Shown: positions 25,538 to 34,711 of the stretch, piece after piece
Numbering within the stretch: position 1 is the stretch's first letter
Layout: each line of letters begins with the position of its first letter
Virus record (IMG/VR): IMGVR_UViG_3300036820_000642
Coordinates: 1 to 56,119 of that record
Strand: one strand, 5' to 3'
DNA from: a virus
Lineage: Duplodnaviria > Caudoviricetes
DNA length: 56,119 nt
Position numbers and translations under genes: made by a program
Notes under the pieces: generated by a model
The model's input: only the letters and a program-made list of their open reading frames with translations
What the model was told of the DNA's origin: nothing
The model's database searches: none

Positions 25538-25611
25538 GGGGGCCGTAGCTCAGCAAATAGAGCGCACGGCAAAGGCCGTGAGATCACAGGTGTAAATCCT
25601 GTCGGCCCCCA
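25538..25611 (+). ncRNA. tRNA-like RNA lacking a functional anticodon loop
   Basis: GGGGGCCG/CGGCCCCC, GCTC/GAGC D-stem, CACGGC-AAAG-GCCGTG, ACAGG-TGTAAAT-CCTGT. Confidence 0.75.
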
Positions 25612-25634
25612 CAATAATCACCACTAGGGATCAA

Positions 25635-26264
25635 TTGCCAGAAGTAGACCTAGACCCCGATCTAGTCATGCCTAAAAGGCAGTGCCGCTCCAAATCGCGG
25701 CAGACAGGCAAGCAGTGCAAACGGTATTGCTCTACCGGCCATATTGTCTGCTGGTGGCATGGGGCCGGCACACCGAATGTGCAGCGTGCCGCGGTGCGCC
25801 GGGCTAACAACTGGTACGCGAAGAAAATGGCGCTCAGGATGCTCGAAACAGCCGGTTACGAACGAATAGACGATCCGGTTGAGGCGCTAGCCCACCTGGC
25901 TGGCGAAGTCTGGGCAGCCAAAGAGTTTTTCCGCTCCAAAATCGATGAACTGCGGTACCAGTCCGCGACTGGTGAACAGCTCCGCTCCGAGGTCGCGCTC
26001 TATGAGCGGGCCTTGGATCGCTGCATGAAAGTCCTCGACGTGATGGCCCGCCTCAACATCAGCGACCGCCGCACGGAGATCGCCGAACAGCAGGCCGTCA
26101 TGATCGCCTCCGCTGTACAGCGCATGTTTGACCGCCTCGGCCTGACCTACCGGCAACAGCAGCTCGCCATGACGATCGTCCCCGAAGAACTGCGCGCCAT
26201 CACTGCCGCTCCGGCTCACGAGCCGTGGCAAGACCACAATGTTGGCCTCGATCCCGAGGACTGA
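25635..26264 (+). CDS. Putative terminase small subunit (N-terminal CCCH Zn motif)
   Basis: C...RQTGKQCKR...VCWWHGAGTP; directly upstream of TerL. Confidence 0.6.
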   Translation: MPEVDLDPDLVMPKRQCRSKSRQTGKQCKRYCSTGHIVCWWHGAGTPNVQRAAVRRANNWYAKKMALRMLETAGYERIDDPVEALAHLAGEVWAAKEFFRSKIDELRYQSATGEQLRSEVALYERALDRCMKVLDVMARLNISDRRTEIAEQQAVMIASAVQRMFDRLGLTYRQQQLAMTIVPEELRAITAAPAHEPWQDHNVGLDPED

Positions 26265-27711
26265 CCCCTCCCCGTGGGATGCCGCCGCCGCGATCTTCGA
26301 GCGGCGGTCCATGGAGAACGACCCGGTGAAATGGGCCAAGGACAGGGCCAAAGTTCACCTCTGGTCGTTGCAGCAGAAGATAGCGCGTTCTGTCGCCGTC
26401 AATAAGCGTACTGCTGTCCAGTCCTCCCACGGTGTCGGCAAGAGTTTCCTAGCCGCCACCCTGGCGGCCTGGTGGGTAGACACCCACCCCCCGGATCAGA
26501 CCATGGTCGTCACCACAGCGCCGAGCCTTGACCAGGTGCACGCGATTCTGTGGGAAGAGATCCGCGGTCTCCACGACAGAGCCCACCTGCCTGGCGTTGT
26601 CCAGCGCACCGACCGTTGGCTAGTCGGTGACCGCCTTGTAGGAATGGGGCGTAAACCCCCGGACTATTCAGAGTCAGCGTTCCAGGGAATTCACAGGAAA
26701 TATGTCTTGGTCATTCTCGATGAGGCATGCGGGATCGATCAATGGTTGTGGACTGCGGTCGAAACAATCACGACCGCAGACACATGCCGGATTCTGGCAA
26801 TCGGTAACCCCGACGATCCCAACTCGCATTTCAGGGATCTGTGTTCCGGTGTTCCTGGCTGGAAATCCTTCAAGATCAGCGCGTTCGACTCACCGAACTT
26901 CACAGGCGAACGTATCCCCCAGGAGCTACAGCAGCTTCTTACGTCTAAACAGTGGGTTGCCGACCGCGAAGCGGAATGGGGTATCGACAATCCCCTGTAC
27001 GTGGCCAAGGTGCTCGGGGAATTCCCGACAGACCATCCTTGGTCCGTCATCAGGATGACAGACATTTACGCGTGCAGCATCCCAGGCACGCCAAGGTCAA
27101 AGAAAGAGCTGCTACCCGTGCAGCTCGGGGTGGATGTCGGCGGCGGCGGTGACGAGACAGTCATTCGTGAGCGCCGCGGCCTGGTCGCAGGCCGCGAATG
27201 GCGGGAACGTTCTGACAAGCCGGAGAACATCGCACGGCTGGTAGTCCATGCGATAAAGGCCACCGGTGCCGATTCGGTAAAGGTGGACAGCATCGGCATA
27301 GGTCACGGCCTGGTCGGAGAGCTGCGGAACCTACGGGAACTGGGCGCGCATAGCGCGCATGTCCATGGAGTGAATGTCAGTGAGCGAGCCAGAGACCCCG
27401 AGAAGTACTACAACCTCCGCAGCCAATTGTGGTGGGAATGCGGGCGGATCGCCGCCGAGCAACGGTTGTTCGACTTGTCCGGTATGGAAAATGCTGACCG
27501 GACTGTTGCGCAGATGCTGGAGCCGCATTACACGTTTGACCTCAAAGGCAGAATCAAGATAGAGGCGAAGGACGAAATTATCAAGCGGATGGGGCGAAGC
27601 CCCGACAACGCTGACGCTCTCTTGCTCGCTTTCTATGAGCCGGAACGGCGTAACGGCTCTGAATGGTTCGATGCGATTCTAAGCGGTCAATGGGTCGGCC
27701 AAGACTTCTAG
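26239..27711 (+). CDS. terL: Terminase large subunit
   Basis: SHGVGKS Walker A, ILDEA Walker B, IGNP, GVDVG, SPDNADA. Confidence 0.93.
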   Translation: MLASIPRTDPSPWDAAAAIFERRSMENDPVKWAKDRAKVHLWSLQQKIARSVAVNKRTAVQSSHGVGKSFLAATLAAWWVDTHPPDQTMVVTTAPSLDQVHAILWEEIRGLHDRAHLPGVVQRTDRWLVGDRLVGMGRKPPDYSESAFQGIHRKYVLVILDEACGIDQWLWTAVETITTADTCRILAIGNPDDPNSHFRDLCSGVPGWKSFKISAFDSPNFTGERIPQELQQLLTSKQWVADREAEWGIDNPLYVAKVLGEFPTDHPWSVIRMTDIYACSIPGTPRSKKELLPVQLGVDVGGGGDETVIRERRGLVAGREWRERSDKPENIARLVVHAIKATGADSVKVDSIGIGHGLVGELRNLRELGAHSAHVHGVNVSERARDPEKYYNLRSQLWWECGRIAAEQRLFDLSGMENADRTVAQMLEPHYTFDLKGRIKIEAKDEIIKRMGRSPDNADALLLAFYEPERRNGSEWFDAILSGQWVGQDF

Positions 27712-28352
27712 ACCTGTGTTGTTCCGCAGGAGGCGCAGCCAAAGGCTATGCCGATGCTGGGTTTGAAGTCATAGGCGTGGATATCCGGCCGCAGCCGCGC
27801 TATCCGTATGAGTTTCACCAGGCGGACGCGCTGACATTCCCCCTTGACGGTTTCGACGTTTTCCACGCTAGCCCGCCCTGCCAGGGTTACAGTGTCACGA
27901 AATCAATTAACCCGCACGCCGAGTCTTACCCCAGGCTTGTTGAACCGATCCGCGATCGGCTGAAGGCTACCGGAAAGCCTTACGTCATTGAGAATGTGCC
28001 CGGTTCGCCTCTCATCGATCCTCTAATCCTTTGCGGCAGCCAATTCGGGCTAGTCACATGGTGGCCTGGAAATGGGCGTGTCGGCCTCCGGCGACACAGG
28101 CTGTTTGAGTCAAACATTCTCATCCCGGACCCCGGCCCACATGACCACTCGCTACTGTCCGTGCCCGTGTACGGGCATGGCCCAAGCGGCAAGAAAACGC
28201 CTCTCAAAGGCATCGGGCACGCGCAAGCTGAGCGGGATGTCATGGGCATTGACTGGATGACGCGTGAGGAGATTAACGAATCTATTCCTCCGGCATACAC
28301 GTACTATATTGGAGCCTTCTTGAAGGAAAGCGTTGGCGTTCTGGCAGCGTAA
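27690..28352 (+). CDS. C5-cytosine DNA methyltransferase
   Basis: LLDLCCSAGG, ASPPCQ, IENV, RRHRLF, IPPAYT. Confidence 0.88.
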   Translation: MGRPRLLDLCCSAGGAAKGYADAGFEVIGVDIRPQPRYPYEFHQADALTFPLDGFDVFHASPPCQGYSVTKSINPHAESYPRLVEPIRDRLKATGKPYVIENVPGSPLIDPLILCGSQFGLVTWWPGNGRVGLRRHRLFESNILIPDPGPHDHSLLSVPVYGHGPSGKKTPLKGIGHAQAERDVMGIDWMTREEINESIPPAYTYYIGAFLKESVGVLAA

Positions 28353-30351
28353 CCGCGCCGAGAAAGCCAGCGGCAGCACTGCGCTAGCCACTCGTTCCGG
28401 CCCCCAGCAGTTCCCGCCTGGCGCGAAGACAAGCGACGTTTCAGACCTCGCAAGAGCTCTCACGCAGTACATGGGCCATTACGATATGGATGGCCAGGGC
28501 AAGATTCTCCCTCGCCCGGACGAGTGGCTTTCCGCGCAGTTCGGCCCGCAATGGCCGCTGCCGATCGAACCGCTTGATGCGCCTCGCCCCGACACGGGGA
28601 TGCCGGAGCCACGGCAATGGCAATACCCGTTCAGTTGGAACCTCCAGCTATTCGACCAGAAATCTGTTAGCTGGGACACGCTCAAAGAGGCGTCGGAGAC
28701 ACCACTATTCCGGGCTTGCATTGAAGTCAGGAAAACTGAGCTGGCGTCCCTTGACTGGGGTATCCGTGTCTCATCGCGGGCAGCGGAAGCGATTGCCCGC
28801 AAATCCCGGCGCAGCAAAGAAGATGTTCAGAACGAGCTACGCCAGAAGTATGAGAAGCAGATCGAGAAGGCTTCTGACTTCTGGGAAGTCCCGGATCGGA
28901 AAAACGGTCTCGAATTCAGCGACTGGATTAGCGCCGCTCTTGAGGAACAGCTCACCTGGGATGCGATCGCCGTCTATCCTCGCCGCACCTACGGCGGGGA
29001 TCTGCACGACCTGATGATTGTGGACGCCTCCACGATTAAACCGCTGCTGGACGAGCAGGGCGGCAGGCCGCTGCCGCCATACCCTGCTTTCCAGCAGATT
29101 CTCTACGGGTTTCCCCGCGGGGAATTCGTCGCTGACACCGTGGATATTGACGGTGAAACAGTCGTCCCCGGCGGCATGTCCGCCAGCCAGTTGATTTACA
29201 AACGCCGTGTCGTCCGCACACGGACCCCCTACGGGTTCTCCGCGACAGAACAAGCATTGCTCGACGGCCTTTTGTACAATCAGCGTTTCGGGTGGATGCT
29301 CGCCGAATACACCGAAGGCACGCAGCCCGCCCAGTTTTTCCGTAACACCGGCGATGTCGATTGGTCTGCCAGGCAACTACTGCAATATGAGAAGGCTTTT
29401 AATGATCGTTACGCTGGCCGCACTGCTGAACGTTACCGTTTTCCTATTCTCCCACCTGGCATTGAGCCTGTAACACCCCAGCAAATCCAGGAGCGATACA
29501 AGGCAGATTATGATCTGCATCTTATCGCCAGAGTCGGGATGCATTACGGGGTAATGCTCCCCGAGCTTGGTTTCACTGAGCGCGGCGGACTCGGCTCTGC
29601 TGGGTATCACGAAGGTCAGGAAGCAGTCGGCTACCGGCGTTTCCGGCTCCCGGACATCCGTTGGTTCGCCCGTTTCCTGACCGCAATCAGCCGCGCACAA
29701 CTCGACTTTCCCCCCGAGCTGGAATTCGCGTTCCTCGGGCTCGAAGAGGAAGACGAGGCCGCAGTTGACGAAGTTGTGCAGAACAAAACGCAGTCCGCGC
29801 GGATGACGTTGAATGAGGCACGTGCGCGCGATGGCCTGCCGCCTTTTGACTTTCCAGAGGCGGATATGCCGATGGTGCAGACAGCCCGCGGTGTCGTGTT
29901 CATTCAGGGTGCATCTGAGAGTGCGCCACCAGGCGTGCTGATTGAACCAGTGTCGGAGAACCCGACGATTCCGGCTGGTCCTGGCGCGTCGGGTGCTCCC
30001 GGCCAGTCGGCACAGCCGCAGCAGGGGCAAGCGCAGTCCCCGACGCAGCGCCGGCCGATCGGTCCGGCCGGTAGAGGCAAGACCGCCGCCGCTGCGGCGA
30101 AAGAGCTGGACACCTTCAAGGCATGGGTGCTGAAGCACCCAGACCCATCAAGGCCTTTCGAGTTCGAGTCAGCCGCCGAAGAGCTGTTTGAGCTGGATAC
30201 GAACCTACTCGGGGAGCACTGGGGCAAGTACGTGTTCAAGGCGGGTGGTGCTGCCCCAAAAGCCAGCAGCCACCCCCACAGCAGTGGCCAGCCTGGGAAC
30301 AAGACCTCGCCCTGGTCGCCGTATACGCCGGAGCACTGGCTAGCGCCCTAA
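28333..30351 (+). CDS. Portal protein
   Basis: Position after TerL; DASTIKPL, YGFS, TLNEARARDGLPP. Confidence 0.88.
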   Translation: MAFWQRNRAEKASGSTALATRSGPQQFPPGAKTSDVSDLARALTQYMGHYDMDGQGKILPRPDEWLSAQFGPQWPLPIEPLDAPRPDTGMPEPRQWQYPFSWNLQLFDQKSVSWDTLKEASETPLFRACIEVRKTELASLDWGIRVSSRAAEAIARKSRRSKEDVQNELRQKYEKQIEKASDFWEVPDRKNGLEFSDWISAALEEQLTWDAIAVYPRRTYGGDLHDLMIVDASTIKPLLDEQGGRPLPPYPAFQQILYGFPRGEFVADTVDIDGETVVPGGMSASQLIYKRRVVRTRTPYGFSATEQALLDGLLYNQRFGWMLAEYTEGTQPAQFFRNTGDVDWSARQLLQYEKAFNDRYAGRTAERYRFPILPPGIEPVTPQQIQERYKADYDLHLIARVGMHYGVMLPELGFTERGGLGSAGYHEGQEAVGYRRFRLPDIRWFARFLTAISRAQLDFPPELEFAFLGLEEEDEAAVDEVVQNKTQSARMTLNEARARDGLPPFDFPEADMPMVQTARGVVFIQGASESAPPGVLIEPVSENPTIPAGPGASGAPGQSAQPQQGQAQSPTQRRPIGPAGRGKTAAAAAKELDTFKAWVLKHPDPSRPFEFESAAEELFELDTNLLGEHWGKYVFKAGGAAPKASSHPHSSGQPGNKTSPWSPYTPEHWLAP

Positions 30352-30953
30352 GCGCGGTATCTCTTGTCACGGCCATTGTCCTGGATTGGATGCAGGCCAG
30401 ACCGCGGCCGAAGGTGGCCGCCGCCGAGACCTGGCTCTTTGAACACGGCATAGACGCCGCGCTCCGCGAGGCGCTACGTCCGGTCCTCACTGAACTGTGG
30501 TCGGCCGCCTGGACGATCGGCGAACAGTCAGCCGCCGAGCACGGCGGCCACGGGCGCGGCTTCAACAGCCGCGACTTCATGGAACAGCACGGACACGGGT
30601 GGCTCACCCAGATCGTTCACACCAGGATTCAGGCCCTCGCCAAGATCCTCGCCGAAGGCCCCGATGATCTGGCGGGGATGACTGCCGCGGTCAGCGCGTA
30701 CCTGTCCGACACGAACGCCGCCGAGCTGGTTGCCACGACGGAAGCCACCAGGGCTATCAACGCTGCCGCTGCCGACGCCTACCGGGCGGCCAGTCTCTGG
30801 GAAGTCCGCTGGCAGACCGAGGACTCTACGGCCTGCCCGGCTTGCATAAGGAATCAGGAAGCTGGGCGTAGGCCGCTCGGTGTGCCGTTCCCTTCTGGCG
30901 CTGTGGCGCCGCCTCAACATCCGCGCTGTAGGTGCGCGCTATTGCCTGCTTAA
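30261..30953 (+). CDS. MuF-like minor head protein, probably a -1 frameshift extension of portal
   Basis: ATTE, CPAC, PPQHPRCRC; coding-like frame open from slippery C CCA AAA (30255-30261) with no ATG/GTG/TTG until 30390. Confidence 0.75.
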   Translation, partial: SQQPPPQQWPAWEQDLALVAVYAGALASALSAVSLVTAIVLDWMQARPRPKVAAAETWLFEHGIDAALREALRPVLTELWSAAWTIGEQSAAEHGGHGRGFNSRDFMEQHGHGWLTQIVHTRIQALAKILAEGPDDLAGMTAAVSAYLSDTNAAELVATTEATRAINAAAADAYRAASLWEVRWQTEDSTACPACIRNQEAGRRPLGVPFPSGAVAPPQHPRCRCALLPA

Positions 30954-30962
30954 AGGAATTTG

Positions 30963-31120
30963 ATGGACACCTGTGCTTCTAGTATTACCAATTGTTATCC
31001 CTACGGTGGCGGCTATTACAACTACTGGCCGACCCACACGAAGTGCCGCATTGCGGCTACTGCTCGTGTTGCGGCCGGGCTGATGAGACCATGCCGCAGA
31101 CAGTCACGGTGACCTGCTAA
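30963..31120 (+). pseudogene. Small Zn-finger gene with a one-base frameshift near 31045
   Basis: MDTCASS...HTKC frame joins PHCGYCSCCGR...VTC* frame that is TAATG-coupled to the protease. Confidence 0.45.
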
Positions 31121-31617
31121 TGGCAGCTGCAAATCTCTCTCTGCGCATCAAGGTCAGCGTAGAACCAGAAGAGACCTGGGATGGTCAGGGTGTCGCCGGG
31201 CGAGTCGTCAAGGCCGTAGCTGAACAGCGGTACACGCTCGCAGTCGCCTACCCAGCAAACAAGCCCGATGTGGGAACGGCACGTGACGGCTACCGCGACT
31301 TCGCGGGCGCCGAGGCCGTAGAAGAGTGCGCATGGAATTACATGCTCAAGTCCCGCAAGGTCGGCCGCTGGCACGAAGACGGAACCGATGGTGCCGGAGA
31401 AGTAGTCGAGTCCTACATTTACCGCGGTCCTGACTGGGTGATCAAATCCGGCGATGCCGAGCACACCGTTACGGCTGGCGACTGGCTATTGGGTGTCCGG
31501 TGGGACCAGCCCACATGGGACCTCATCAAGTCTGGCGAGATCGCCGGCATTTCCCCGCAAGGCATGGCCGAACGTACCGAGGCCAAGCCTGAAAAGGTTG
31601 CAGGGCTTAGGAACTAA
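31120..31617 (+). CDS. Capsid maturation protease (XkdF-like serine peptidase)
   Basis: VAYP...DG..DF...H...VVESYI...GDWLLG...G.I.GISPQG. Confidence 0.85.
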   Translation: MAAANLSLRIKVSVEPEETWDGQGVAGRVVKAVAEQRYTLAVAYPANKPDVGTARDGYRDFAGAEAVEECAWNYMLKSRKVGRWHEDGTDGAGEVVESYIYRGPDWVIKSGDAEHTVTAGDWLLGVRWDQPTWDLIKSGEIAGISPQGMAERTEAKPEKVAGLRN

Positions 31618-32106
31618 ATGACTGACGTAACCGAAATCATCCGGCTGGATGTTGACCGTACAGACGGTGTCAAGAACCCAGCCAACGGGTTCCCATTCCT
31701 CCTGTTGAAGGCCATTGAGGAACCAGCGGAAAAGGCTTCTCAAGAGGAACATATGGAAAACACGAACACTGATAAGACTTCCGCCCCTGCGGGCGGTGAA
31801 AACCAGGAGAGCACCAAGTCTCCTGATGTTGATGCACTGGTGAAGGCTGCTGTAGCAGAGGCAACGAAGGGTTCAGAGGAGCGTATTAAGACGCTCGAAA
31901 CCGAACTTGCGAAGGTAAAGGCACTTCCCATTCCCGGTGGTCCGGTCATGACCGCCCCAGCAACAATGCGTAATGAAGCCTCCAAAGCCGCGAAGCTCGT
32001 TGAGGCCGCGCATTTCACGAAGCTTGCTGAGCAGGTGACTGACCAGGACCTTAAGAAGTATTACAAGGAACGCGCGAAGGTCTGCAAGGAAGCAGCCAGC
32101 GCGTAA
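31618..32106 (+). CDS. Scaffolding-like protein
   Basis: V..PANG..FLLLK N-terminus, coiled coil, between protease and capsid. Confidence 0.65.
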   Translation: MTDVTEIIRLDVDRTDGVKNPANGFPFLLLKAIEEPAEKASQEEHMENTNTDKTSAPAGGENQESTKSPDVDALVKAAVAEATKGSEERIKTLETELAKVKALPIPGGPVMTAPATMRNEASKAAKLVEAAHFTKLAEQVTDQDLKKYYKERAKVCKEAASA

Positions 32107-32119
32107 AGGAAGATAGAAG

Positions 32120-33892
32120 TTGCCTACTAAGGAAGATCTATTCGGCCCCGGCCTCCCCTCCACTGAATATGGTGATCGGCTTGAGGAACTGAAGGCCGCG
32201 CTTCAGAAGAGTATCGACCGTCACGATAAGAAGATTGACGGGTTTATTCCAGCGTTCGCGGCCTCGAAGCTTGGCCTGAACGCAGGAATTCAGAAGGGTG
32301 CGGGTTCCGGCAATGTCATGCAGGCACACCGCCTTGAGGCACTCGCGGTCCGGCTCAACGAAATCCTCGAAGGCCAAAGCCAAGGCCAAGCCGAAAAAGG
32401 CCAAGAAGGCTCCGGCCAAGTCGGCAAAGGTCTCAGCGCGGAAAAGCAAAACGAAATCCGCCAAGACCTCGAAGCGCTACAATCGCTGCGGGACTCATTC
32501 GCGAAAGACATCAGCACGACGGTCCCGGGCGACCTCCACCCGTACGACCTCGAAGCCCCTGCTAAAGTCCTAGTCCCGCGTTTCTCGCCTTTGCGGAACC
32601 GGATGACCCGTACCCGCGGTCAGGGTACCGCGAGGGAATACCGGCGAATCCTCGGGTTCACGAACACCGGTATGGGTGGTGTTAGTGACCTCTCGCCGTT
32701 CTTCAATTCGGAGACCGCGCTAAACGGTGGCTCGACTGCTGGCCTGCCGACCTTCGGCGCTCTGTCGCTAATCCGAGGTCAGAAGATCAGTTATGCCATG
32801 GACGTGCACACTCTGGCGTACATGGAAATGTCGCTCAGTGATGTGGTCGGCTGGAAGGCGCAGTTTGCCAACCTCGGGTTTGAAAACTCGCGGCAGCTTT
32901 CCACAATGGGCCTTCTGTGGGCTCACCTCCTGGGTGAAGAGAAGGCCATCCTGTATTCGCGTGGCGCTTCTGCCAGCGGTTACGAGGGTGCTGTTTCTGC
33001 CCCGTCCGCTGTGACTCTGGCGACTGCGACGACTGGCGGTTCGCTGGCCGCAGCCACTTACTACGTGAAGGTGACTGCTCGTGCTGGTGGCGGCGAGTCC
33101 GTTGTTTCCGGTGAAGTCAGCCAGGCCACTACTGGTAGTACTTCCACGCTGACTATCACGGTGGGCACGGAACCGGTTGGCGGGTTGGGTTACAACCTTT
33201 ACGTTGGTACCGCCACGGGCGGTGAGACGTTCCAGACTGCGTTTGTCGGGAACACTTTCACCCTCACGAGTTACGTGACTGGTGGCGCTACGCCTCCTTC
33301 CGCGGATTCTACGGCTAACACCAACGGGTATGACGGTTACCTGTCGGTCCTGACGGACCCGGCGCAGTCCGGTTACGTTAACCGGCTGAATGCCCCGTTG
33401 TGGAACGGTACGACCGGTAACGGTGACAAGGCATTCCAGGACGCGTTTGCGTCGCTGTACGCCTCCGTGTATGCGGACCCTGAAGAAGTCTGGCTTGCCT
33501 CGCCGCAGCGGCGTGAACTGTCCGACTGGATTAAAACCCAGAACGGCGGTGCCGCGGGTTACCGGATTGTCGTGCAGTCCTCGGATTACCAGTCGGGTAC
33601 CAATCTCAGTGGTCTTGTCACTGGCATTGTGAATGAGTCCTCGCCCAGCGGGCGGATTGTGGATCTTGAGGTTCACCCGTATATGCCTGCCGGGTGCTCG
33701 TTCATCAACAGTCGTGTACTGCCAATCCCTGACTCTCACATCGGTGAGACCACGGAAATGATTGAGGTCCAGCCTTACATGAGTGTGGACTGGCCCACGA
33801 TTCAATTCACGTGGGACAGCTCGACCTACTGGTATGGCAGCCTTTGCCATTACGCGCCGAAGTGGTCTGGCGCGATCGTCGGCATCCAGTAA
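32120..33892 (+). CDS. Major capsid protein with inserted Ig-like domain
   Basis: YDLEAPAKVLVP..SPLRNR; position; Thr/Gly-rich insert YYVKVTA...YNLYVGT. Confidence 0.85.
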   Translation: MPTKEDLFGPGLPSTEYGDRLEELKAALQKSIDRHDKKIDGFIPAFAASKLGLNAGIQKGAGSGNVMQAHRLEALAVRLNEILEGQSQGQAEKGQEGSGQVGKGLSAEKQNEIRQDLEALQSLRDSFAKDISTTVPGDLHPYDLEAPAKVLVPRFSPLRNRMTRTRGQGTAREYRRILGFTNTGMGGVSDLSPFFNSETALNGGSTAGLPTFGALSLIRGQKISYAMDVHTLAYMEMSLSDVVGWKAQFANLGFENSRQLSTMGLLWAHLLGEEKAILYSRGASASGYEGAVSAPSAVTLATATTGGSLAAATYYVKVTARAGGGESVVSGEVSQATTGSTSTLTITVGTEPVGGLGYNLYVGTATGGETFQTAFVGNTFTLTSYVTGGATPPSADSTANTNGYDGYLSVLTDPAQSGYVNRLNAPLWNGTTGNGDKAFQDAFASLYASVYADPEEVWLASPQRRELSDWIKTQNGGAAGYRIVVQSSDYQSGTNLSGLVTGIVNESSPSGRIVDLEVHPYMPAGCSFINSRVLPIPDSHIGETTEMIEVQPYMSVDWPTIQFTWDSSTYWYGSLCHYAPKWSGAIVGIQ

Positions 33893-33973
33893 GCCGACCC
33901 AATCCTTCCCCTCCCCGATATAAGACCCAACTAATGGCATTCGGGGAGGGGAACCCAACCCCTAAAGGAAACT

Positions 33974-34147
33974 ATGGCTGGAAACAAAGACGTAGAAGTC
34001 TGCGGTAGTCAGTCCGCCGCAAAGGCCGCGTTCCTTCAGAACGCGATCGACTCGGCGAGGCAGGGCGACATTGCTGGCTCCCAGTACTGGCAGAAGCTCG
34101 CCGCCCAGGCGGCGCAGTCCGGTAACCACCTGTATCCGCTGACCTAA
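33974..34147 (+). CDS. Small virion-region protein (57 aa; not in ORF track)
   Basis: AAAGGA SD; TAATG-coupled. Confidence 0.6.
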   Translation: MAGNKDVEVCGSQSAAKAAFLQNAIDSARQGDIAGSQYWQKLAAQAAQSGNHLYPLT

Positions 34148-34392
34148 TGCGCGTCGTACTAGACAGGGGATGCCGGGAGATTGAAGGGCTGTCCGGCCGC
34201 ACCTATGCGAGCCGAAACGCTGTGTTCGACGTTGACCCGCATGACGTCAAAGGCATTGTCGCTATCGGAGGCGCTGCGTGTTCTCTCGCAGGCACTACAA
34301 GACGCAGCCACGGCTACCGATGCACTGAATGCGGCTTCGGGAGCTTCTTCAAGACGTGTGGCCGCTGTGGCGGCGAAGGGATCAAGGAATAG
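34147..34392 (+). CDS. Small Zn-ribbon protein
   Basis: CTECGF...CGRCG. Confidence 0.65.
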   Translation: MRVVLDRGCREIEGLSGRTYASRNAVFDVDPHDVKGIVAIGGAACSLAGTTRRSHGYRCTECGFGSFFKTCGRCGGEGIKE

Positions 34393-34523
34393 TGAATCTC
34401 AACTTCACCGATGAACACGGCTACGAAGTCTCCATTGAGATCAGTAAACCGGATGAGGGTGAGAAGCAGGAAGTGAAGCGGCCTTTCAAAATGGGGTTCG
34501 CGCTTCCCGAGAGGGACGCCTAA
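34392..34523 (+). CDS. Small hypothetical protein
   Basis: GTG coupled to TAG, TAATG-coupled to next gene. Confidence 0.45.
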   Translation: MNLNFTDEHGYEVSIEISKPDEGEKQEVKRPFKMGFALPERDA

Positions 34524-34711
34524 TGCCGCCTCGTAAGGCGCCCCTGACGGCTACTACTAGGAAGCCTCCGGTAGAGGCTCCCAGGGTGACCCCATACGGC
34601 GGGGACGACACGTTGTGTCTTCAGTGCTTCCCTGCTGGGTGGCCGCGCCTGGTTGTCGCCGCATCCTGCGAGCACGGCCACTATGAGCGTCCACATTCGG
34701 ATGCGGAGTAA
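34523..34711 (+). CDS. Small protein (CLQCFPAGWP...SCEHG)
   Basis: Coupled ORF. Confidence 0.55.
   Translation: MPPRKAPLTATTRKPPVEAPRVTPYGGDDTLCLQCFPAGWPRLVVAASCEHGHYERPHSDAE

Noticed and set aside
24933-25627. ORFs overlapping the RNA array (25094-25627 +, 24933-25268 -, others)
   Set aside because: They overlap clear tRNA-type structures and lack SDs or motifs
32768-33958. Long antisense ORFs (e.g. 32768-33958, 23603-24580, 1921-2814)
   Set aside because: Shadow frames of real genes in high-GC DNA
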